Counted from the first letter of the stretch, positions 1 to 9,693 are shown. The stretch is DNA of 64,000 nucleotides from Nanobdellati archaeon (GCA_027007025.1 JALTFL010000002.1:167066-231065); one strand, 5' to 3'. Numbers and translations are program-made. Notes: generated by a model not told the origin, from the sequence alone.

Positions 1-183
1 GACAATGTTTATTCGGTTCACAAATTTGGGACTGAGAATTTTATAGAAAAATTTGCGGAAGAGCACAACTTCAATCCCTTTCAATTGATTCAAAGAACGA
101 TAAACTTGAAGCCGACGATGGGGTTCCACGACGAGTTAAAGCATCCTGTAAAAGTTATGCTTTGGCGGTTTACGAAAAGGTAA
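1..183 (+). CDS. METTL5-like methyltransferase, C-terminal fragment (5' end outside window)
   Basis: Frame 1 reads DNVYSVHKFGTENFIEKF...TMGFH...VKVMLWRFTKR*, resembling the C-terminus of archaeal METTL5/COG2263 proteins. Confidence 0.6.
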   Translation, partial: DNVYSVHKFGTENFIEKFAEEHNFNPFQLIQRTINLKPTMGFHDELKHPVKVMLWRFTKR

Positions 184-230
184 TAATATAAACCTACATT
201 TAGTTAGATATTAAACAAGGAGGCGTTAAG

Positions 231-422
231 ATGACGAATATGTCAAAAGATGAACAGGTGGGATATCACAAGGGAGCGCTTGAGTCGCTTGTCAAGGAAA
301 GGCAGGAGCTGTACAGATTAATCACAATTGTCGACCAGCTGATAAAACTTCATGCTGAGGCGCTTCAAAAGCTCGGCGTAAAGCTCACAAAAGACGAAGA
401 GGAACTGGAAAAGAAACTTTAA
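231..422 (+). CDS. small helical hypothetical protein
   Basis: GGAGG SD upstream; 63-aa amphipathic ORF. Confidence 0.7.
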   Translation: MTNMSKDEQVGYHKGALESLVKERQELYRLITIVDQLIKLHAEALQKLGVKLTKDEEELEKKL

Positions 423-823
423 CTATACATTGGGTCAAACTTATCTTCTTTTTTGGTTTGTTTAGATTGAGACTCCTTTGTCTTTTGTTCAAGTATTTTC
501 TTGGCCAATTTTTGGGTCACAAAATAAGGGTCATATTTTTCTTTAATCATCTTAAGGATGTTATTTTCGGTTATCCTCAATTTCAATCTTTCGAAGTATT
601 GTACAATTTCATCCTCCAGCGGGTTATAACCAGATTCCTCTTCATACCAACTTATCTTTTTGTAGATTCCTAATCCACGTTCTAGCTCGGCTTGGAGTAT
701 GATTATGCTTCTTCCTTTGTTTAAATATTCATCAGGATTGTAGTCATTCCAATCATCTGGAAATTCCTCAAGTTCTTTCTCCAGATGGGACAATTGATTT
801 TTGAGTAGAGTTGTATAACACAT
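419..823 (-). CDS. hypothetical protein
   Basis: 134-aa ORF, AT-rich promoter-like region upstream, no family recognised. Confidence 0.55.
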   Translation of the reverse strand: MCYTTLLKNQLSHLEKELEEFPDDWNDYNPDEYLNKGRSIIILQAELERGLGIYKKISWYEEESGYNPLEDEIVQYFERLKLRITENNILKMIKEKYDPYFVTQKLAKKILEQKTKESQSKQTKKEDKFDPMYS

Positions 824-885
824 ATTTCATATGAATTTCGTAAGGTATATATATTTTATTATTTTAACTACTTCTTGATAGTATT

Positions 886-1656
886 ATGAGGAGTCCAGTA
901 ACATCATTTAAACACACAACTAAAGTCCAGAAGGCGTATGGCTTAAATGAAAATCTAAAAAAGGATATTATATCCAAAAGTGAGTTTTCGGAATATCCCG
1001 GCGATTACACCAATGATGTCCTCCTTGGAATGGGATTGGATTATGTTTTTGACAAAAGGGAATTGGGAGATGATGACACCTTATTCATTGTTGAAGGTGG
1101 ATTTCCACACATTCCTTTCATATCATGCGCATTGAGATATAACAATGTCGAGCCCTTTTTGTGGGTTGAAACTATCAAGCCAGACCTTAAGAGGACATAT
1201 TACTCAAACTTCGCGTATTTTAGCGAACAATTCAACAAATTGGAGCGCGGCAGTTTTCCTGCCCGAGTTTTTGACACTCACAGCAGCATTGACAGGAGCG
1301 ACTTGATACCAATGAACGGCGATTTAAAAGAGATGGGTGTTGAGACAGTCGTTTTTTTGATGGAAGGGGTTCTGCCTCTTGACAGCGAATATAACACCGA
1401 CAATGAACTTACCAAATTGTTTTCCGAGGAGAGAGAGTCGTATACCTCTTTGTATCGCTCGCTTAAGAGACGCTTTGATGTGAAGATATATGAGATTGAC
1501 CCTCGCACGACATCGCATGGTTTTGACAAGTTAGTCGAGCACATTGAATCGGACGATGACAAGATGAACTTTTTAGTTGAAGTGTGGGGGCACAATGAGC
1601 ATAGCTGGGATGAGTTGCGAAAAATCCTTTCGAAATTCAAGAAAAGTTTCTTTTAA
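886..1656 (+). CDS. hypothetical protein
   Basis: 256-aa ORF, no motif recognised. Confidence 0.6.
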   Translation: MRSPVTSFKHTTKVQKAYGLNENLKKDIISKSEFSEYPGDYTNDVLLGMGLDYVFDKRELGDDDTLFIVEGGFPHIPFISCALRYNNVEPFLWVETIKPDLKRTYYSNFAYFSEQFNKLERGSFPARVFDTHSSIDRSDLIPMNGDLKEMGVETVVFLMEGVLPLDSEYNTDNELTKLFSEERESYTSLYRSLKRRFDVKIYEIDPRTTSHGFDKLVEHIESDDDKMNFLVEVWGHNEHSWDELRKILSKFKKSFF

Positions 1657-2328
1657 TCAATGTGTGATATCATATTTTAATCTATTCTTTTCTTTCGGCA
1701 CCCAATGCTTTTTTATGCCTTCCGTAAATTCTTTTGGAACATATTTTGCTCTATAAATGTTGTAATTTTCATCGTCAATCCTTATAACCAACCCTTCTTT
1801 TTTTGACGCTCCAAAATTGGAATTTTCGATTAAATGTTCAAGGTTATCCTTTCCATTTATACTTCCTTCGTAGATTGGTTGGTTATACACAATTTTTGTA
1901 TTATTTAGTATTCTAGACACTTTTTTTTGTGACAAAAATTTTTGTTCATTAGCATCAAATATATCATATGCAATGAAATAGGATGGAAGAGATAGATAAT
2001 GTATCGAGTGTTTCCAAAATACCCATTCACCAATCAAATACAAATTTTTATCGGATATCTTTTTTATTTCTTTTTCGTGTGTTTTATACCACAAGTCGAG
2101 ACTTTTGAATTTTGTGTCATAACCTGTAACAATACTACTTCTGCTTTTAAAATGTGGGCCAGCTTCGTCCGCGAAAATCATTAAATTATTCCCATCAATT
2201 TTCTCTTGAATTATCACATTAGATTCTAAAAATAACTTTACTTTATCCTTGTCTAATATCTTATCTTCGCGTGTGCCCTTTGAGAATATATAGGGTGTTT
2301 TTGGAAATTTGAACTCTTGCCACTTCAT
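1657..2328 (-). CDS. ATP-dependent RNA ligase family protein (nucleotidyltransferase domain only)
   Basis: Motif I QEKIDGNN, GEW, FIAYDIFD, EGLVIR, AKYV. Confidence 0.8.
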   Translation of the reverse strand: MKWQEFKFPKTPYIFSKGTREDKILDKDKVKLFLESNVIIQEKIDGNNLMIFADEAGPHFKSRSSIVTGYDTKFKSLDLWYKTHEKEIKKISDKNLYLIGEWVFWKHSIHYLSLPSYFIAYDIFDANEQKFLSQKKVSRILNNTKIVYNQPIYEGSINGKDNLEHLIENSNFGASKKEGLVIRIDDENYNIYRAKYVPKEFTEGIKKHWVPKEKNRLKYDITH

Positions 2329-2384
2329 AATAGATTAATTTATCGTTATGCCTTTATAAAATTTACTACATATTAGTAGTAAGA

Positions 2385-2885
2385 CTAATATGCTTTTAAT
2401 TCTCTTTGTATATAAATCTCAGAAGGTATAACATCAACACCTATTGTTTGGTAACCATTTAGAATCTCTTCTATGTCACTATCTGAAGATATAATTTTAA
2501 CATTGTTCTGCTGTTTTGAAAGGGTATACGCAAGTTTAAGAAGAGCTGCATCCCCAAGTCCAACTCTACTATTTTTTTTGTATGAACAGTCTCTTAACGC
2601 GCCTTCTAAACTTTTGATATCAGTGTTGGTTATACCGACGTTCACTAAAGTTATTCTATCGTTCCCTATTAACCCCCACAATTTTTCCATAAGTCTTCCT
2701 GGAACAAGCAATTTTCCATCATCGCTATGTCTATGGTCATACTGTTGATGTATTAATTCATTCAAAACTTCATTAGGGAGTATATAATTGCCATCTAGCT
2801 CTTCAAGCTTGCCCTTATTGTAGAGTGTTATAACTGCTTGAGTGTCCAGAAGATATATAGGGTTTTCATCTTGAGCATTTATCAT
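2385..2885 (-). CDS. PIN-domain ribonuclease
   Basis: YLLDTQAVI, EVLNEL, GDAALL, SSDSDI acidic tetrad. Confidence 0.75.
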   Translation of the reverse strand: MINAQDENPIYLLDTQAVITLYNKGKLEELDGNYILPNEVLNELIHQQYDHRHSDDGKLLVPGRLMEKLWGLIGNDRITLVNVGITNTDIKSLEGALRDCSYKKNSRVGLGDAALLKLAYTLSKQQNNVKIISSDSDIEEILNGYQTIGVDVIPSEIYIQRELKAY

Positions 2886-3102
2886 TTGTTCCTCACCAAC
2901 ATATTAATACATCAATTGTTTATAAATGTTACTACTATTAAGTAAATACATAGAGAAAGATTTATAAATACAACACTCTTTATTTCATTGTTGAAAATGA
3001 AACCAAAAGGCGATTATCGGAATTGAATCCTTCTTTGGAGATTTGCTTAGTTATATTTCTGAATTTCAGTCATATTCTCTAAAGTTTTCAGGAGGTGAAA
3101 TT

Positions 3103-3162
3103 ATGGAAACTAGAGTTAAGAAGACAGGTGGTCGTCGGAATCACCAAAGAAAAACATTTTAA
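3103..3162 (+). CDS. candidate 19-aa basic micro-ORF METRVKKTGGRRNHQRKTF
   Basis: Perfect GGAGGTGA SD at 3091-3098; stop 22 nt before the asnS ATG. Confidence 0.35.
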   Translation: METRVKKTGGRRNHQRKTF

Positions 3163-3184
3163 GCGTGAGGTAGTGAAGTATTCT

Positions 3185-4453
3185 ATGGATTTTGTTGAAA
3201 TTGGAGACATTTTGGATGGAAAACACACGGGCGAGAAGGTTGCGATTCGCGGATGGGTTTACAGGGAAAGAAAGCAAAAATCTGTTTCGTTTTTTTTGAT
3301 AAGGGATGATTCAGGAATAATACAAACAGCCGTCAAGCCCGGTTCTGAGTTTTGGGAAGACTCCCAGAAGCTCACGGTTGAGTCGTCAGTTAAAGTTTGG
3401 GGAACTGTCAAGGAAGACAAGAGAGCCCCGGGTGGATACGAAATCCAAGTAGAAAAACTTGAGATAGTCGGCATTGCGGAGAGGTTCCCAATCACGAAGG
3501 ACCAGAGCGAGGAATTCCTGAGAGATGTAAGGCATCTGTGGATTCGCAGCAGAAAAATGACGCTGTTCTTCAAGATAAGGAGTTTTGTGTTCGAAGCAAT
3601 ACATGAGTTTTACAAGAAGAAAGGATTCTATGAGATTCAGGCGCCAAGCTTTACGGGCTCCGCCTGCGAGGGGGGCTCTACGTTGTTCGAGGTGAAATAC
3701 TTCGACAAGAAGGCGTATTTGACGCAGTCGTGGCAGCTGTACGGCGAAGCAATGATTTTTTCCCTTCAGAAAATATATACTATTGCTCCGAGCTTCCGAG
3801 CCGAGAAAAGTAGGACAAGGAGACATCTCGCGGAATACTGGCACCACGAAATGGAAGCCGCGTGGATGCAGTTCGACGAGCTTTTGGAATTCGAGGAAGA
3901 GTTCGTAACTTTCGTGGCACATTATGTCGCGGAAAAGTGCGGCAAGGAACTCAAGGAGCTTGGAAGGGATGTTGAGGAGCTCAAGAAACTGAAACCTCCC
4001 TTCAAGAGAATGAGATATGAAGAGGCAATCAAAAAGCTCGGGAAGGAGTGGGGCTATGACTTGACGGACGCTGACGAAAGGAAACTTGTCGCGGAAATAG
4101 GTGCGCCGGTTTTCATAACCCATTTTCCGAGGGATATGAAAGCATTTTACATGCGCCCGGACCCTAAAGATAAGAAAGTCGTGCTTGCCGCTGATTTGTT
4201 GATTCCTGGAGTTGGCGAAACAACAGGCGGAAGCGAGAGAATCTATGACTTAAAGGAATTGGAAGAATCCCTTGAATTGTTCAAGCTTGACAAGAAGGAT
4301 TATGACTGGTACATTGACTTGAGGAGATATGGAACGGTTCCCCATTCAGGATTCGGACTCGGCATTGAAAGGTTGGTTATGTGGCTCGCCGGAGCGGAGC
4401 ACATAATGGAAACAATTCCATTCCCGAGAACAATTGTCCGGTTGCACCCTTAA
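3185..4453 (+). CDS. asnS: asparaginyl-tRNA synthetase
   Basis: OB-fold N-terminus, YLTQSWQLY, FRAEKSRTRRHL, GGSERI, GFGLGIER; start placed at ATG 3185. Confidence 0.92.
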   Translation: MDFVEIGDILDGKHTGEKVAIRGWVYRERKQKSVSFFLIRDDSGIIQTAVKPGSEFWEDSQKLTVESSVKVWGTVKEDKRAPGGYEIQVEKLEIVGIAERFPITKDQSEEFLRDVRHLWIRSRKMTLFFKIRSFVFEAIHEFYKKKGFYEIQAPSFTGSACEGGSTLFEVKYFDKKAYLTQSWQLYGEAMIFSLQKIYTIAPSFRAEKSRTRRHLAEYWHHEMEAAWMQFDELLEFEEEFVTFVAHYVAEKCGKELKELGRDVEELKKLKPPFKRMRYEEAIKKLGKEWGYDLTDADERKLVAEIGAPVFITHFPRDMKAFYMRPDPKDKKVVLAADLLIPGVGETTGGSERIYDLKELEESLELFKLDKKDYDWYIDLRRYGTVPHSGFGLGIERLVMWLAGAEHIMETIPFPRTIVRLHP

Positions 4454-4528
4454 TTTTTAATTTTTTATTTTTGGGAAACTTTATAAACGAAATAAAATAT
4501 TCAACATTTGTGGCCGCGTAGCTCAAGC

Positions 4529-4562
4529 ACACCCTTCTTAAGAAGAAGCGTGTACGGAAGAA
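4529..4562 (+). repeat. triplex-type element copy A (Asn D-loop intron)
   Basis: cttctt / aagaag / spacer cgtgtacg / gaagaa. Confidence 0.85.
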
Positions 4563-4602
4563 GGGGGGTGCGGCAAGGCGGTTAGAGCGGCAGCCTGTTA
4601 AA

Positions 4603-4639
4603 GAACCCTTTCTTAGAAAGAAAGCGTTCACGGAAAGAA
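4603..4639 (+). repeat. triplex-type element copy B (Asn 37/38 intron)
   Basis: ctttctt / aagaaag / cgttcacg / gaaagaa. Confidence 0.85.
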
Positions 4640-4708
4640 GGGGTTGGCTGTAAGCTGTAGGTCGGCGGTTCGAATCCGCCCGCGGCCGCTTTCTTAATTT
4701 ATATAAAT

Positions 4709-5866
4709 GTGAACCAGTTTCTTTTTCTTATGCCGTTTACGAATATATTTCACTGGATGCAGAAGCTGAACAAGGAACTTGAGGAAGTTTATCTGACGTT
4801 GTATCTTAGGAAATTTGCCATAACTCTCGCAGGCATATTTATTCCAATTTATCTTTATACCATAGGATACAATTTTGGCGAGGTAATTGCAGTTGTTGCT
4901 ATGATGTACGCCGCAAAGATAATCCTCTCCCCTGTTTCGCTGAAAGTGAGCGAGAAGATTGGCGTCAAGCACACTATAATACTGAATGTTCCTCTTTTGC
5001 TTTTGTTCCTTTGGATGCTTTACATGCTTCCGAATTATCCCCATTATATAGGATATTTAGTTGCTCCCTTAATCTCCGCGTCGAACATGTTTTTTTGGAT
5101 TCCCATCAACAGCATATTCGCGAGATACGCTCACAAGAAAAGAACGGGCAAGGAAACAAGCTATCTTATGCTTACGTCGCGCCTTAGCGGAGTAATAGCC
5201 CCATTAGTCGGTGGTATAATTCTAACCGAACTTTCCTTCAACTACTTGTTTGCCATTGTCGGGGCAATTATGTCATTGAGCCTTATTCCATTGTTTATGT
5301 CCAAGGATTACGGCTGCAAAAGAAAAGATGTAGGCATGAAGATGGTGGGTGAGCATTTTAAGTATTATGTCGTGTATTTTATACAGGGTATGCTTTCAGC
5401 TACAATATATCTTGTGATTCCCTTCCTTTCACTTATGCTTTTGAAATCTTATGTATCAGTCGGCTCGGTCTCAACGCTTTTGCTGGTCGGCTCGTTTTTC
5501 GTCATATTTGTTGTGGGAAAACTCACGGACAAGTTTGAAGGCAAGCACCTCATAAAAATCGGCGGTGTTGTTCTTTCAGCGTCCCTCTTGATTTTGGCTT
5601 ACGCTAAGTCACCGTGGGTGGTTTATCTTTCGGTTCTTCTTGTAGGTATCGGCGTGGTGATGGTGTTTCTTCCAATTTTTGCGATTTCATCTCTGATTGC
5701 CAAGAAATACAACGAAACAGAGTTCATGATGATGCGGGAAATTTTCCTAGCCGCCGGCTCCACGACTTTTCTTTTGTCACTGCTCATTTTCCCAGATTCT
5801 CTTAAAATAATGGCGGGACTTTTAGTATCCGCTTTGGTTTCGGTTTACTTTGTTTTTTTCAGGTGA
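4709..5866 (+). CDS. MFS transporter
   Basis: ~12 hydrophobic segments, GKLTDKFEGK loop motif. Confidence 0.8.
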   Translation: MNQFLFLMPFTNIFHWMQKLNKELEEVYLTLYLRKFAITLAGIFIPIYLYTIGYNFGEVIAVVAMMYAAKIILSPVSLKVSEKIGVKHTIILNVPLLLLFLWMLYMLPNYPHYIGYLVAPLISASNMFFWIPINSIFARYAHKKRTGKETSYLMLTSRLSGVIAPLVGGIILTELSFNYLFAIVGAIMSLSLIPLFMSKDYGCKRKDVGMKMVGEHFKYYVVYFIQGMLSATIYLVIPFLSLMLLKSYVSVGSVSTLLLVGSFFVIFVVGKLTDKFEGKHLIKIGGVVLSASLLILAYAKSPWVVYLSVLLVGIGVVMVFLPIFAISSLIAKKYNETEFMMMREIFLAAGSTTFLLSLLIFPDSLKIMAGLLVSALVSVYFVFFR

Positions 5867-5867
5867 T

Positions 5868-6089
5868 ATGATGGAAAAGAAGATGAAAATTGCAGCTTCA
5901 AAGACGGCTTTTGTTTTTGGGCTCCTTGTTTGGATTTATGTAATCGCGATGCAGATAGCACATCCAGAAAGCGTCAGCTGGACATTTACATCTTGGCTTA
6001 GAATTAGAATGGACTTTGTCGGAGAAATTTCATTTTTGATTTCCATAATCAGTTTTTTTGTTTGGCAACTAGTAACGCTTAAAAAGTAG
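5868..6089 (+). CDS. small membrane protein
   Basis: AGGTGA SD; two hydrophobic helices. Confidence 0.6.
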   Translation: MMEKKMKIAASKTAFVFGLLVWIYVIAMQIAHPESVSWTFTSWLRIRMDFVGEISFLISIISFFVWQLVTLKK

Positions 6090-6106
6090 TGATTTTTTAA
6101 CTCATT

Positions 6107-6817
6107 ATGGGGAAACTTGAAGAAATAACTACGGAGATAGCATCGGTAGATAATGTAAAAGGAATTGTTATCTTTGGTTCATACGTCACTTCTTTGTCGC
6201 CCAGAGATATTGATGTTTTGGTTGTGTTGGGCTCGGATTTTTTTTTAACAAATCCGGAGGATTACAAGCAAATTGCGTCGTCATTGTTTAAACATTCCAT
6301 ATTTCCATCATTAGATATAACAATAAAAACGGATAAGGAATTTGAGATTACAAATATTGTTTCCCTTTCAAGGGGTTTCCTCCAGCACTTAAACAATGTA
6401 GGCAACATAATCTATGATGAGATTGGTCTTGAGAAAAATATACTCAAGCGACTTACGGAATTAAAATCAATGGACGGGTACTGGAATGAACTTGGCGACT
6501 CGCTTTCAATAAGAAAAGAGTACCTTTCAAGTTTATTGGGCAAGGATTACTCGCTTTCAGCTAGATTTTACCAGCAGGCAGTTAGAGAAGTGATGAAACT
6601 GGAGTTTCCAGAAGAGTTAGATACCAAAGATAGTATAATCCAACTTTTTTATGATACTCTTTTTGAAAAAGTGGATTATGCTTCGTTTTTTGGAGAATCT
6701 CCTGAGTTTACAGTATATAGAGTTTTGAATGCATTTAGATATAATAACCCTAGTGTGTTAAAAGATGAGATTGAAAAGGCAATGTTTGCCATGAATTCAT
6801 ATCTTGTATCTGAGTAA
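6107..6817 (+). CDS. Pol-beta/MNT-type nucleotidyltransferase domain protein
   Basis: IFGSYV...DIDVLVV...LDI motif plus helical C-terminal half. Confidence 0.75.
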   Translation: MGKLEEITTEIASVDNVKGIVIFGSYVTSLSPRDIDVLVVLGSDFFLTNPEDYKQIASSLFKHSIFPSLDITIKTDKEFEITNIVSLSRGFLQHLNNVGNIIYDEIGLEKNILKRLTELKSMDGYWNELGDSLSIRKEYLSSLLGKDYSLSARFYQQAVREVMKLEFPEELDTKDSIIQLFYDTLFEKVDYASFFGESPEFTVYRVLNAFRYNNPSVLKDEIEKAMFAMNSYLVSE

Positions 6818-7858
6818 TGCTCCAACTTGCATTTCAGCGAATCTCTCTCCGGCTTCGTGCTCCTGGGAAATAATCGTCACGCTTGCCCCGTTTTTTTCGG
6901 CGTTTTCCATCAAGTTATTCAGTTCATCAAACTTGTTTTCCTCTTTGAGCTTTTCGATGTAACTGTCTGATACCAGTAAAGACCCCACCGCTCCGTATTC
7001 GACTGCTTTCTTGACTTCCTTGAGTCCATACGTCGCGAGCCCATCTTTTGAAACTTCCTCGAAGAATTTTTCAACTAACTTAGTCTCCTCGGAAATTCTT
7101 CCGCCTCTTGCGACTTTTTCAACGGCGCCTCTCTTGATGAGTTCGTTTATGCCTGTTTTCCCATGAGTGGATATCTTGAATAGGTTAATCTTTTTCTTGA
7201 GCTCAGGAAATTTTTCGATTATCTTTTTGAAATTTTCTGACAGGAACCCGACTCCGCCGAACACTATTTTGTTGACATTGTTGTGCTTCGCAGTTTCCTC
7301 GAGAAGTCTTGCTAGTTCAGTTAGAAATTCCTCTCTGCTTTTGTCGTAGAGCTTTTGTGCTTCCTTCTTTTTTCCGGGAAGCGACTTTGTCAAGTCTGTT
7401 ATATATTCAATTCCGAATTCCTTAAGCAGTGCGATTGTAGCGTCGCCGTAATCTGCCGCGCACAAAATCAGTTTCGGCTTTTTAGTCGATTCGACAGCAT
7501 CTTTTATTCTTTTAATCTGCCAGTTCTGCCAGTTTTCTTTTTTTATTGACAAAATATTTCCCCTTTCAACTGTGATGGTGTGAAACACTCCGTGTGGAAC
7601 ATTTTGATTTGATGATTCCACAATAGTTCCAAGAAGCCTAAGGGTGTTTTTTTGGAATTCAACTTTTTCGACTTTCAGCTTAACCCTCAATTTTACTCTT
7701 TTTCCCTCTTGCTCATCTGTCTTTTTCACAATTCTTGTCGTTTCGCTTTCAATCTCGTCGTCTTTGTCTATTATTCTTGAGAGCACCCAAATGTCATCAA
7801 GAGTGTCCACCTTAACTTTTAGGATTCCCTCTTTTTTATCCTCAAATATTATTTTCAT
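6797..7858 (-). CDS. pelA: mRNA surveillance protein pelota (Dom34)
   Basis: LDDIWVL, LRLLGTIVE, HTITV, ATYGLKEVKKAVEYGAV, HEAGE, GALLRY. Confidence 0.93.
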   Translation of the reverse strand: MKIIFEDKKEGILKVKVDTLDDIWVLSRIIDKDDEIESETTRIVKKTDEQEGKRVKLRVKLKVEKVEFQKNTLRLLGTIVESSNQNVPHGVFHTITVERGNILSIKKENWQNWQIKRIKDAVESTKKPKLILCAADYGDATIALLKEFGIEYITDLTKSLPGKKKEAQKLYDKSREEFLTELARLLEETAKHNNVNKIVFGGVGFLSENFKKIIEKFPELKKKINLFKISTHGKTGINELIKRGAVEKVARGGRISEETKLVEKFFEEVSKDGLATYGLKEVKKAVEYGAVGSLLVSDSYIEKLKEENKFDELNNLMENAEKNGASVTIISQEHEAGERFAEMQVGALLRYKI

Positions 7859-7946
7859 GTTTAATTTTATTCCTATGGTATATATAAACTAAACTCTATT
7901 TTGGCGTCATAAAACTTTTATAAAAGATAAACTCCTTTTTCATTTT

Positions 7947-8078
7947 ATGGTGAGAGACGAGGAAAGTTTGGTATGCCCGAACTGTGGTTCTAAAGAAATT
8001 GTTTTGCTTGAGTCTACAGGCGAAATGTACTGCAAAAAATGCGGCACCATACTTGAAGAAGAGTTGTTGAGGGCATAG
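7947..8078 (+). CDS. stand-alone TFIIB-type zinc-ribbon protein (43 aa; below ORF-track cutoff)
   Basis: MVRDEESLVCPNCGSKEIVLLESTGEMYCKKCGTILEEELLRA; TTTTATAAA ~25 nt upstream. Confidence 0.75.
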   Translation: MVRDEESLVCPNCGSKEIVLLESTGEMYCKKCGTILEEELLRA

Positions 8079-8160
8079 ATTTATAGGAAAAGCCCAATAT
8101 TGTTTTTAATAGATTTTTTCATCCACTAAGTTTATTAACTTCAGGTTAATTCTAATTCAT

Positions 8161-8412
8161 ATGTGTCTAAAACAATGGAAAAAAATGGAACCCTGGATGC
8201 AGGATGGAACGGTAGGCTTCGCAGTCGGATTGGTTCTTTACATTCTTAGACTGTTAGGGATTACATTTCCGTACTTGTCCAACTGGAACGCCGCAAATTT
8301 ATCGTTGGGAGCAGTAGGAGTAACAATGGTTGTCGCATACACCATCATTGGTATTTTTATTGGAGAACTAATTGAGCAAACGACAGGCATTAAAAGAAAA
8401 CGAAAGAAGTAA
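8161..8412 (+). CDS. small membrane protein
   Basis: Two TM helices, basic C-terminal tail. Confidence 0.6.
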   Translation: MCLKQWKKMEPWMQDGTVGFAVGLVLYILRLLGITFPYLSNWNAANLSLGAVGVTMVVAYTIIGIFIGELIEQTTGIKRKRKK

Positions 8413-9516
8413 TTACTTAATTAACATCAATGTTTGGTATAAAATACCAGTGGTAAAGATAAGAATAGAATAATATATCGGTAAGTTTCCGCCTGGAATA
8501 ATCTTTTTGAATTTCTTCGTTTTTCTTGCTTTTAGGGCCATTACCATAGTCAACAAGCCGAGCATTCCGCCGGCGTATGTACCTGAGATTTGAAGGAATG
8601 TTATGAAACCCAATTTGACATACACATAAATTAGAAATGGTATGAACGCTGAAAGGAACCATGACATCCTTTTGTCAAGTCCAAAGTCGTTTACATACAC
8701 ATGTTTTATCGCGTCAGACAATGCTATGAACGGAACACCCATTGCGATTAGCACGAACAAATCCCCCAATATTCTGTAATGGGGCAGTCCAACAACAGCG
8801 ACTTCATTTACGCCAGTTCCCAAGCTGCCGACAAAAACATACGAGAACAAGGCATATGTTGACAACACTATTAGCATTGCAATTGTGCTTGCGGTTATTA
8901 CCTTTCTTTTGTCTTTTCCAAGGACTTTTTTCATTTCAGGAATTACATTGTAACCCAGACATGAGAATAATACAATCCCGAAAGGAATGAATATCTTTGA
9001 TGAGCTTAAAATGAAATTCTGTGAATTGCTTGCAGATGGAATGAAAACTGCTATCAAAAACACCAGCAGAATGATTTTTAGCGCCGCAATCGACAAATCA
9101 AGCTTGTTGAACCTCTTGAAGCCGAACAAAATCAAAGCCGCAGCAAACACGAAGAATGCAGTTCCCATTATCAATGGGCTTCCGCCAAGCATGTCCGCAA
9201 GGGCATATCCAATTGCTATAAGGTATGCTATTATCGCGGTATATATACCGAACGTTTCTGTCGCGAGCGTGAAAAATTTTCCTTTTCTTCCGAAATACTT
9301 CTTGGCGAGTCCGGATATCATATGCTCCTTTTTTTCGTTAAGCGACAATTCTGCGATATAAAGAGTCATAAATGTTGTCGCAATTCCGACGATGATGATA
9401 GTCACTAAACCTGTCAAAAATCCAATTTGTGAAAAAATATAGGGAAATCCAAGAATTGAAGCGCCGGCCACTGTGCTGACCATGAGTGCAACTGCAGTAA
9501 AAAGCTTCGAGTTCAT
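8413..9516 (-). CDS. aromatic amino acid permease family transporter
   Basis: STVAGASILGFPY N-terminal motif, ~11 TM; start moved to ATG 9516 to avoid tRNA-Glu. Confidence 0.8.
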   Translation of the reverse strand: MNSKLFTAVALMVSTVAGASILGFPYIFSQIGFLTGLVTIIIVGIATTFMTLYIAELSLNEKKEHMISGLAKKYFGRKGKFFTLATETFGIYTAIIAYLIAIGYALADMLGGSPLIMGTAFFVFAAALILFGFKRFNKLDLSIAALKIILLVFLIAVFIPSASNSQNFILSSSKIFIPFGIVLFSCLGYNVIPEMKKVLGKDKRKVITASTIAMLIVLSTYALFSYVFVGSLGTGVNEVAVVGLPHYRILGDLFVLIAMGVPFIALSDAIKHVYVNDFGLDKRMSWFLSAFIPFLIYVYVKLGFITFLQISGTYAGGMLGLLTMVMALKARKTKKFKKIIPGGNLPIYYSILIFTTGILYQTLMLIK

Positions 9517-9574
9517 ACATAGTAAAGCTTTTAATATATTTATATTATTTTCTAAGTATGCTCCCATAGTCTAG

Positions 9575-9611
9575 GAACCCTTTCTTGGGAAGAAAGCGTT
9601 CACGGAAAGAA
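9575..9611 (+). repeat. triplex-type element copy C (Glu 15/16 intron)
   Basis: ctttctt / aagaaag / cgttcacg / gaaagaa; nearly identical to copy B. Confidence 0.85.
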
Positions 9612-9657
9612 CCAAGAGAGGGATGGACATTCCGGTCAAGGATGCTGGACTCTCGCA

Positions 9658-9693
9658 ACACCCTTTCTTAAAAGAAAGCGTGTACGGAAAGAA
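9658..9693 (+). repeat. triplex-type element copy D (Glu 37/38 intron)
   Basis: ctttctt / aagaaag / cgtgtacg / gaaagaa. Confidence 0.85.

Larger units (their letters stand above)
4512..4688 (+). tRNA. tRNA-Asn(GTT) with 2 introns: D-loop ~4526-4577 (14/15 or 15/16) and 37/38 at 4601-4652
   Basis: Acceptor GGCCGCG/CGCGGCC, anticodon arm GCAGC-CTGTTAA-GCTGT after splicing, T-arm GGCGG-TTCGAAT-CCGCC; TTTATAAA upstream. Confidence 0.9.
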
